A DNA stretch of 10,793 nucleotides from Promethearchaeota archaeon (GTDB taxonomy: Archaea; Asgardarchaeota; Lokiarchaeia; Sigyniarchaeales; SOKP01): NCBI GenBank assembly GCA_048938025.1, contig JBHLMP010000078.1:1-10793 (forward strand), written 5' to 3'. Below the pieces are notes generated by a model. The model was given only the letters and a program-made list of their open reading frames with translations. It was not told the DNA's origin and did not search any database. Shown piece by piece: positions 1 to 6,930 of this stretch. Each line of letters begins with the position of its first letter. The stretch's first letter is position 1. The position numbers and the translations under genes were made by a program.

Positions 1-792
1 TGGGCTGAAAGTAGTGCTGTTTGTTATGCTAACTCAGTTATTGGAGCTCGGACTAATCGTGAGGGGGGACCAAGCGCATTAGCAGCAGCTTTAATTGGAA
101 AAACTCCTAAATACGGTTATCATTTGGATGAAAATCGTCATGCTCAAGTTCTCTTTAAGATAAATGCACCAGTTAAAGGTACTGACGAATTTGGCGTATT
201 GGGAAAAATAATTGGCGATAAATTGGTCGAATTAGGAAAAAAAATACCTTATATCACGGGAATTCCTTCCGCTACTGTTGAAGAACTTAAGTCATTTTGT
301 GCTTCCGTTGCTACTTATGGTGGAACAGCATTATTCCATATGGAAGAAATAACTCCAGAGTACAATAAATACCCTAAACCTAGCAATATTGTGTTTGAAA
401 TTAATCAAGATGACTTAGATAAAACTCGTGCTGAACTAACTGATGACGATATTGAAATAGATTTTGTAAGTATTGGTTGTCCTCACGCTTCAATTCACGA
501 AATTGCGAAAATAGCGAATTTATTAAGAGGAAAAACAGTAAAAAAAGAATTTTGGATAACAACTGCTCGACCTACAAAAAAAATTGCAGATGAAGTTGGT
601 TATTCTAAAATTATTGAAGATGCAGGAGCAAAGTTTGCAGCGGATACTTGTTGTGTTGTAGCCCCAATTAAGGAACGCTTCAAGGGAATAATGGTGGATT
701 CTGCAAAGGCATGTTATTATGGACGTGCAAAGAATAAATTTAAAGTAAAAATTGGATCAATTGAAGCTTGTGTTGAAGAGGCGATAAAATGA
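1..792 (+). CDS. Phosphomevalonate (mevalonate 5-phosphate) dehydratase large subunit / aconitase X catalytic domain (DUF521), 5'-truncated by the window edge
   Basis: Frame +1 is open from base 1 (WAESSAVCYANSVIGARTNREGGPSALAAALIGKTPKYGYHL...), which is the AcnX signature block, so the ORF-track start at 124 is not the real start. Fe-S ligand motifs GCPH (475-486) and DTC (643-651) are present. It is coupled to a DUF126 small subunit and mevalonate kinase, which favours the MVA5P dehydratase function over hydroxyproline dehydratase. Confidence 0.9.
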   Translation, partial: WAESSAVCYANSVIGARTNREGGPSALAAALIGKTPKYGYHLDENRHAQVLFKINAPVKGTDEFGVLGKIIGDKLVELGKKIPYITGIPSATVEELKSFCASVATYGGTALFHMEEITPEYNKYPKPSNIVFEINQDDLDKTRAELTDDDIEIDFVSIGCPHASIHEIAKIANLLRGKTVKKEFWITTARPTKKIADEVGYSKIIEDAGAKFAADTCCVVAPIKERFKGIMVDSAKACYYGRAKNKFKVKIGSIEACVEEAIK

Positions 793-1178
793 AGTTAGAG
801 GGGAGAAAAATATATAAAGGAACTGCTGAAGCAGAAGCTATTGTAACTAAAGATGCTATTTCGTTTTATGGGGGTGTTGATCCTGATACTGGTAAAGTTG
901 TTGAGATTGGACATGAACTTGAAGGTCAATCTATAACTGGAAAAGTTTTAATATTTCCAACTGGTAAAGGTTCAACAGTTGGATCATACACAATGTATAG
1001 AATGAAGAAGAACAATACGGCTCCAGTAGCTATTGTAAATAACCAAATTGACACAATCGTGGCAGTAGGATGTATAATTAGTGAAATTCCCTGTGTAGAT
1101 AAAATTGATATTAGTAATATTCACACTGGACAAAAAGTAATTGTTAATGGTTCTGAAGGGATCGTAGAGGTAAGATGA
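789..1178 (+). CDS. Phosphomevalonate dehydratase small subunit / aconitase X swivel domain (DUF126)
   Basis: 129 aa with ISFYGGVDPDTG, HELEGQSITGKVLIFP and GKGSTVGSY (catalytic Ser motif). It has a 4-bp ATGA overlap with the large-subunit stop codon. Confidence 0.92.
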   Translation: MKLEGRKIYKGTAEAEAIVTKDAISFYGGVDPDTGKVVEIGHELEGQSITGKVLIFPTGKGSTVGSYTMYRMKKNNTAPVAIVNNQIDTIVAVGCIISEIPCVDKIDISNIHTGQKVIVNGSEGIVEVR

Positions 1179-2114
1179 ATGGGATCTGGTAAGGGATATG
1201 GAAAAACAATATTATTCGGAGAACATTTTGTAGTGTATGGATTACCAGCAATTGCATCGGCTTTAGGATCCTATACAATTGCCAATGTTAAAGTTGTCGA
1301 TGGTAAGGGTTGGTCTGTCGATGATCAGAGACCTGCTACTCCTGGCTACAAAAAAAAGAAATATAACGAGGCAATGCAATCAATTACAAATATAATTGAA
1401 CACCTAAAGGTGGATATAGAAAGTCAAAAGCTTGATATAACTTTTTCCGGAGATTTAATTGCGGCAAGCGGAGTGGGTGCTTCAGCAGCTCAATGTACTT
1501 CACTTGCTCGTGCTTTGAATGATGTATTTAAGCTAGATTTAGATGATGAAAAGATTAATGAAGCAGCATATGAAGGAGAGAAAGCTTATCATGGAACACC
1601 TTCTGGAATCGATAATACTGCATCAACTTATGGTGGATTGATTTGGTTTATTAAAAATTTAAACGGTGGAAAAAATACAATGGATCTTCTTCAATCACCA
1701 AAAAAGATGCCATTAGTAATTGCCAATTCGGGAATCACAGCTTCAACAGCAGAAGTAGTTGCTGATGTTAGACGATTAAAAGAAGAAAATCCAAAAAAAT
1801 TTGATAAAATATTTAGTAAATATAACAATTTAGCAGAGGAAGCAAAAAAAGCCTTAATTAACGGAGATATAGTGGTTATTGGCAATTTGATGAATCAAAA
1901 TCACAAATTGCTACAAGAGATCATGGTTTCTGGAGAGATAAATGATAAATTGGTTAAGATAGCTCTTAAAAACGGGGCAATTGGAGCTAAAATAACTGGA
2001 ACTGGACGAGGTGGCTTAGTTATTGCTTTAGCTGAAAATGAAGAAATTCAAGAACAAATAGCTAAGGCTATTGAAAAAGAAGGATTTGATGCTTGGAGAA
2101 CAATGATCGGATGA
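1179..2114 (+). CDS. mvk: Mevalonate kinase (GHMP kinase family)
   Basis: Motifs GKTILFGEHFVVYG, ATP loop SGVGASAA, EKAYHGTPSGIDN and GAKITGTGRGG. The ATG directly abuts the upstream TGA (1176-1178) and is preceded by GAGGTAAG (1167-1174). Confidence 0.95.
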   Translation: MGSGKGYGKTILFGEHFVVYGLPAIASALGSYTIANVKVVDGKGWSVDDQRPATPGYKKKKYNEAMQSITNIIEHLKVDIESQKLDITFSGDLIAASGVGASAAQCTSLARALNDVFKLDLDDEKINEAAYEGEKAYHGTPSGIDNTASTYGGLIWFIKNLNGGKNTMDLLQSPKKMPLVIANSGITASTAEVVADVRRLKEENPKKFDKIFSKYNNLAEEAKKALINGDIVVIGNLMNQNHKLLQEIMVSGEINDKLVKIALKNGAIGAKITGTGRGGLVIALAENEEIQEQIAKAIEKEGFDAWRTMIG

Positions 2115-2127
2115 GAGTGATAGGAAA

Positions 2128-4020
2128 TTGAAAAATAGTAATGAAATAATTCTCTTAAAATTAGGTGGAAGTATATTAACTGATAAAAATAAACCTTTTT
2201 CTATTAGAGAAGATGTTGTAAGAAGCGTAGTTCAGCAAATAATTGATGCTAATAAAAAAATAATATTAATTCATGGAGGAGGATCATTTGGTCATCCACT
2301 TGCTAAAAAATATAATATTTCTACAGGAATTGATTCATCTATCTCAAATCAAATTCTTGGACTTTCAGAAATTCACCAATCAATGAATAAATTTAATTCT
2401 TATATAATTAATTTATTTTTAGAACATAAATATCCTGCCTTATCTGTTCAAACTTCCAGTATTTTTATCAAAGATTCTCAAATTATCTCAACATATTCTA
2501 TTGATATTATTGAAACTGCCTTGGATCTTAATATATTACCTATTCTATATGGTGATATTATTCTTGATAAGCAAGGTTCATTTTCAATAATTTCCGGAGA
2601 TAGGATTATTTTTGAATTATGTGAAAATTTAAATAAGTACAGTGTTTCAAAAGTCATATTTACGATGGAAACTGATGGTTTATATATTCAAGATAATGAT
2701 AAGAAAAGTATATTGGTTATAGAATGCAATTCCAACGAATTAGAAAGTTTAGAATTAGCAGCTCTGGGACAAAAAATTGATGTTACTGGAGGTATTAGAG
2801 GAAAAATAAATACTATAAAAGAAATATGTAAATATAATATTCCTGTTCAAATTATTAATGGTTTAGAAAATGGAAATATAATAAAGGCTTTAAAAGGTCA
2901 AAAAATTAAATGTACAGAAATTAATCCATCAAGACATGATGAAAATCAAATTATCAGTAATAGAAAGATAGAACATCTCAAAATACCCATCAAATATAAT
3001 GTTCAACATTTCAAAAATTATTTTAGATATATAGAGTTAATTCATCATTCATTACCTGAAGTTGATCTTAATGAAATTGACCTATCTGTAAACTTTTTTA
3101 ATAAAATTGTATCAGCACCAATATGTATCGCCGCAATAACTGGAGGGCATCCCTTATCAAAAGATTTGAATGAGATCCTCGCAACCTCAGCTGAGAAAGA
3201 AAATATAATCATGAGTGTTGGAAGTCAACGTGCTGGATTAATTAATCCTGAGAATCAAGAATCATTTCAAATTGTAAGAAAAGTAGCTCCTAATATCCCT
3301 ATTATTGGAAATATTGGTATTGGCCAAGTTGGAAGTCCAGATTTTAAACTAGAGGATTTCACAGGATGTATTGATATGATAAATGCTGATGTTATGGCGA
3401 TTCATTTTAATGCTTTACATGAATTGGTTCAGGATAAAGGAGATATATCTTTTAAACTGTTTAAAGATAATTTTAAGAAAATTCGTGAATCTACTAATAT
3501 TCCAATAATAGCAAAAGAAGTGGGATCAGGATTCAACAAGGAACTTGCTAAATCTCTAGATGACCTTGGTTTTGATGGATTTGATGTTGGAGGTGCAGGA
3601 GGTACTAGTTTTGCAGCCATTGAATCCTATCGTAATAAAAATGGCAGTAATATATTTAATCGAAAATTATCAGATGTTTTTAGAGAATGGGGTATCCCTA
3701 CACCTGTTAGTGTGCTAAATGTTAGAAATGTATCTAAAAAACTAATAATTGCTACAGGAGGGTTAAGAACTGGAGTAGATATTGCAAAAAGTATTGTATT
3801 GGGTGCTGATATCGGAGGATTTGCATTTAAATTTTTAAAATCTTCATTAATTGATCAACAACAAGGATCCATTTCTAATACTATAAAAGAAATAAAGACT
3901 CTCAAAAATGAGTTAAAATCTTCTCTCTGGCTCTTAAACCTAAAAGACATTAATGCTTTAAAGGGGAACAAAAATAAAAGAGTAATTACTGGAAAACTTT
4001 CTCAGTGGATAAATCAATAG
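2128..4020 (+). CDS. fni: Bifunctional fusion: N-terminal isopentenyl phosphate kinase (amino-acid kinase fold, ~aa 1-267) + C-terminal type 2 FMN-dependent isopentenyl-diphosphate delta-isomerase (~aa 276-630)
   Basis: IPK motifs KLGGSILTDK, IHGGGSFGH, GDIILD...SIISGD and DVTGG. IDI-2 motifs RKIEH, ITGG, GSQR, NIG, HFNALHELVQDKGD, KEVGSG, GAGGTSF, WGIPT and ATGGLRTGVDIAKSIVLGA. One uninterrupted frame with a TTG start, preceded by GAGTGA (2115-2120). Confidence 0.92.
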   Translation: MKNSNEIILLKLGGSILTDKNKPFSIREDVVRSVVQQIIDANKKIILIHGGGSFGHPLAKKYNISTGIDSSISNQILGLSEIHQSMNKFNSYIINLFLEHKYPALSVQTSSIFIKDSQIISTYSIDIIETALDLNILPILYGDIILDKQGSFSIISGDRIIFELCENLNKYSVSKVIFTMETDGLYIQDNDKKSILVIECNSNELESLELAALGQKIDVTGGIRGKINTIKEICKYNIPVQIINGLENGNIIKALKGQKIKCTEINPSRHDENQIISNRKIEHLKIPIKYNVQHFKNYFRYIELIHHSLPEVDLNEIDLSVNFFNKIVSAPICIAAITGGHPLSKDLNEILATSAEKENIIMSVGSQRAGLINPENQESFQIVRKVAPNIPIIGNIGIGQVGSPDFKLEDFTGCIDMINADVMAIHFNALHELVQDKGDISFKLFKDNFKKIRESTNIPIIAKEVGSGFNKELAKSLDDLGFDGFDVGGAGGTSFAAIESYRNKNGSNIFNRKLSDVFREWGIPTPVSVLNVRNVSKKLIIATGGLRTGVDIAKSIVLGADIGGFAFKFLKSSLIDQQQGSISNTIKEIKTLKNELKSSLWLLNLKDINALKGNKNKRVITGKLSQWINQ

Positions 4021-4075
4021 GTTTATAGAATTATCCTTTTTAATATTTAGTATCAAAAATTTTGTTATATACAAC

Positions 4076-4633
4076 TTACTTATTTCCCCATCTTTTTATA
4101 TCACTTTCTATACCCATCTGATCTAATAACCTTCCAACAGTGTATTCAATTAAATCATCCACACTTTTAGGTTTGATGTAATAGGAAGGAACTGGTGGTG
4201 CTATTACAACCCCAATTTTTGCTAATTTAAGCATGTTTTCAAGATGGATTGCACTTAGAGGACTTTCCCTTACTACAAGAACAAGTTTTCTTTTTTCCTT
4301 AATCATTACATCTGCAGCTCTAGTTATCAAATTATCTGCAAAACCATTAGCTATGGCAGCTAATGTTTTCATGGAGCAGGGGACAATCATCATTGTATCT
4401 ATCTTATACGACCCACTCGCTGGAGGTGCTGTAAGATCTTCTACATCATAGTTTTTATCAGCTAATTTACGTATATCAGAGAGATTATAATTCGTTTCAA
4501 TATTGATTATTTCCTCAGCTATTTTTGAAATGATTAGTTCGGTCATGATCTCTTTTTCTTTCAGCTTTTCTAATAACTTGATAGCTATTTGAACTCCAGT
4601 TGCACCTGTAATTGCAATTAACACTTGATTCAA
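4076..4633 (-). CDS. ubiX: Flavin prenyltransferase UbiX (prenylated-FMN synthesis)
   Basis: 185 aa with ITGATG, ASGSY, PCSMKTLAAIANGFADNLITRAADVMIKEKRKLVLVVRESPL, PPVPSYY.KP and a C-terminal RW. The TTG start gives the usual spacing to the ITG motif. Confidence 0.95.
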   Translation of the reverse strand: MNQVLIAITGATGVQIAIKLLEKLKEKEIMTELIISKIAEEIINIETNYNLSDIRKLADKNYDVEDLTAPPASGSYKIDTMMIVPCSMKTLAAIANGFADNLITRAADVMIKEKRKLVLVVRESPLSAIHLENMLKLAKIGVVIAPPVPSYYIKPKSVDDLIEYTVGRLLDQMGIESDIKRWGNK

Positions 4634-4666
4634 TCACTTCTCTATGTAAAATTTTAATCTTAACTA

Positions 4667-4679
4667 TTTTTAAATTTTC
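4667..4679 (-). promoter_or_regulatory. Putative archaeal BRE + TATA promoter for ubiX
   Basis: The minus strand reads GAAAA-TTTAAAAA (purine-rich BRE-like element then TATA-like box), ending 33 nt upstream of the ubiX TTG. The region is very AT-rich, so a chance match is possible. Confidence 0.4.
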
Positions 4680-4781
4680 AGATTCTTATATTTTTCCAAT
4701 TTAATACAATTAATATCAATCAAAAATCTCTCTTATATGATTTTTTTAGAATGTCTATTTTTAGCTTATTTTATCATAACA

Positions 4782-4789
4782 TTTAAATA
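4782..4789 (+). promoter_or_regulatory. Possible TATA box for the 661-aa surface protein gene
   Basis: TTTAAATA lies about 50 nt upstream of ATG 4838 in the divergent intergenic region. This is weak evidence given the AT background. Confidence 0.25.
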
Positions 4790-4837
4790 TTTTATTTTTA
4801 TTTTTTAATTTAAGCTAATGACAAAATTGTAAAATCT

Positions 4838-6823
4838 ATGAGAAGAACAAAAATTTGGACAATATCAATATTTTTAATCCCATTGCTAATAGTTATTCCA
4901 ATAAATATGATAATTACTCCTTTAACTACTTTAGAAACAGAAAATAAAGACATCAATGAAGAATTAAAAATTTCTACGGAAAGTGGTGGTGGATACCTTA
5001 TGAATACCGATGCTACTTATTCTTGGATCGAAATCCAGAGTACAGGGAATCTTATGACGATATCTGATGAGGATGATGAATCTGAAGGAATATCCTTTAT
5101 TGCTAATGGATGGACTTTTCCTTTTTATGAAACCCTATATGATGCCATTGTTGTTAGTTCTAATGGATGGATGAGTTTTCCTGATTTAGGGGATACTAAT
5201 TGGCTTTGCAATTATATACCTAGTGTTGAAAGTGAAAATATCGATTGTGTTGCTTTATTAGCGGAAGATTTATATCCTGGCTATTCTGGAAACATTTATT
5301 ATCAATTCTTTGATAGTGGACCAAATAGATATTTAGTGATAGAATACAGTCAAATTTACAATCTTGAAGAAGAATTAGTAGGGGATTTTGAAGTCATTTT
5401 TTATGAGAATGGAAACATTAAATTTCAGTACAAGATTATACATGATATTCCATGGTTATATCCGATTATTGGATTAGATCATGGAGATCTAACAAATTAT
5501 AATAGATACGATGTTGAATTACCATTAAGCTCGAAAGCCATTGAATTTACCTTTAATCAAATGATTGAAATTGAATATGGATTTAACTTTAATATAGAAG
5601 ACACTTTTTCTTGGCTTGTATTGGATGTTGATCATACTAAGATGGACCAAGCTTTTGGAATTAATTGGGAAACTGATTTTGGCTTGTATCCAGATATGTT
5701 GATTAACCAGAAAACTAAAATAAATATCTCATCTATCATGGAAAATTCTACACATTGGGAAATTAATTATAATTCATGGGATTGGATTAGTAAATACGAT
5801 ACCTTTAGTAGTAGTTATGATGGCATCGACACCATATCATATCGGAAAGAACCTCTTAATTATACTTCACCCCATCTATTACCAAATTACTATCCATTTC
5901 TATTGCCAAATCATACAATAGTGTACCTCACAAGAGCAAATCTCGATTATTATTATGACCAACTTCAGCTATCTAATTACGGTAATATAATTCTCGAAAG
6001 TCATATTAATATTGGTCCGTTAGAACATATTAATGTTGAAGCTATTTATACATCTTCCGGAATATTAGATGTACTTGAAATTTCAAAATCCATATATATG
6101 CATATTTCAGAATCCATATATAAATCATTCAAAGAAGTTATATTCTTAATGGTTAGATATCTTGAAGGGCCAAAACCCTTTTATGTAGGAGTAAATGAAG
6201 GCGAAGTTTATGAATATGGAGCGTATTACAGTGCTAAGAATGCCCTGCCATATTCTATGCCACCACCAGAAGAATTACCTGATAGAATAAGGATTTCTGT
6301 TGATTTTATTGGTGGAGAGGATCCTGAGTTTAATAGGTCTCTAGTAATTACTACATTATCAGAACGGTGGAATAATACTTGGAGGAATTCAACTATATAT
6401 GAAAACTATCTTTATAGGAATATCGAGAATATAGAATTAGTAGATTATATGCTGAATCAACCTATATATGTTGAACCAACCAATATTGATTGGGATTCTT
6501 ATGCATTAAAGATTCAAGATTGTTTTACCAGAACTGCAATTAGTTTTACTGTAACTGGTTTAAATAATGGTATAAAATTGTCTATTGGTGTACCTGGATA
6601 TACTTCAGAGATAATTGCGACTTATAACTCATCATCAGGCGTTTTAGATATTTTGTCATATAGGGTTAGTGGCAAAGAATTCCTTACATATAGATTAGAT
6701 GATTTTGATTATAAAATCAAGGGAAAGGAAGTTATTCCTGGCATGAATTGTTTCATTCTATATTTAATTCTATTAATGGGAATAATAAGTATAGCATGGC
6801 AGATCAAAAGAAAAATTACCTAA
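4838..6823 (+). CDS. Predicted secreted, C-terminally anchored cell-surface glycoprotein (nidogen/NIDO-like N-terminal domain, two degenerate ~200-aa repeats, Loki-CTERM/PGF-CTERM-like tail)
   Basis: Basic then hydrophobic N-terminus (MRRTKIWTISIFLIPLLIVIPI). The pattern DD..(x)..FPFY...Y..I.VSSNGW.SF and FEVIFYENGNIKFQY is nidogen-like. Eight N-x-S/T sequons are present. The C-terminus is IPG(M) + hydrophobic helix + KRK. Confidence 0.75.
   Translation: MRRTKIWTISIFLIPLLIVIPINMIITPLTTLETENKDINEELKISTESGGGYLMNTDATYSWIEIQSTGNLMTISDEDDESEGISFIANGWTFPFYETLYDAIVVSSNGWMSFPDLGDTNWLCNYIPSVESENIDCVALLAEDLYPGYSGNIYYQFFDSGPNRYLVIEYSQIYNLEEELVGDFEVIFYENGNIKFQYKIIHDIPWLYPIIGLDHGDLTNYNRYDVELPLSSKAIEFTFNQMIEIEYGFNFNIEDTFSWLVLDVDHTKMDQAFGINWETDFGLYPDMLINQKTKINISSIMENSTHWEINYNSWDWISKYDTFSSSYDGIDTISYRKEPLNYTSPHLLPNYYPFLLPNHTIVYLTRANLDYYYDQLQLSNYGNIILESHINIGPLEHINVEAIYTSSGILDVLEISKSIYMHISESIYKSFKEVIFLMVRYLEGPKPFYVGVNEGEVYEYGAYYSAKNALPYSMPPPEELPDRIRISVDFIGGEDPEFNRSLVITTLSERWNNTWRNSTIYENYLYRNIENIELVDYMLNQPIYVEPTNIDWDSYALKIQDCFTRTAISFTVTGLNNGIKLSIGVPGYTSEIIATYNSSSGVLDILSYRVSGKEFLTYRLDDFDYKIKGKEVIPGMNCFILYLILLMGIISIAWQIKRKIT
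6080..6122 (+). repeat. In-frame 24-nt-period direct repeat within the surface protein gene
   Basis: ATTTCAAAATCCATATATA (6080-6098) and ATTTCAGAATCCATATATA (6104-6122) are 18/19 identical and encode ISKSIY-MH-ISESIY. Confidence 0.85.
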
Positions 6824-6848
6824 ATTTTATTTTTTTTATTCTTTTTAA
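6824..6848 (+). terminator. Putative oligo-T (archaeal-type) terminator
   Basis: Long T tracts (ATTTTATTTTTTTTATTCTTTTTAA) follow the 6823 stop directly, in a convergent intergenic region. Confidence 0.4.
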
Positions 6849-6930
6849 TATTAATTGAAATATAAACGAATTATATTATTTGAAATTCTAAAATTTTTTA
6901 CTTATTCTAATTTTATTCAAGATTTATTGA

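Noticed and set aside
124-126. ORF-track start (TTG) for the first gene
   Set aside because: The frame is open from base 1 with conserved AcnX motifs upstream, so the true start lies outside the window.
1691-1885. 64-aa minus-strand ORF
   Set aside because: Antisense shadow inside mevalonate kinase with no recognisable motifs.
2895-2965. Possible programmed frameshift or internal restart at the IPK/IDI junction (A6 run near 2900)
   Set aside because: Both domains are already in the same frame, there is no in-frame start or RBS at the junction, and A runs are common in this sequence.
3429-3620. 63-aa minus-strand Pro/Ser-rich ORF
   Set aside because: Antisense shadow of the Gly-rich IDI-2 motifs, since GGN codons read as Pro/Ser/Thr/Ala on the other strand.
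4021-4075. Hairpin terminator between the convergent IPK-IDI2 and ubiX genes
   Set aside because: Only a weak AT-rich near-palindrome (CAAAAATTTTG) and short T tracts are present, which is not enough to call.
4233-4451. 72-aa plus-strand ORF
   Set aside because: Antisense shadow of the conserved UbiX core.
4076-4633. ubiX as evidence for ubiquinone synthesis or aromatic acid decarboxylation
   Set aside because: No ubi or aromatic catabolism genes are nearby, and the mevalonate context explains the prFMN requirement more simply.
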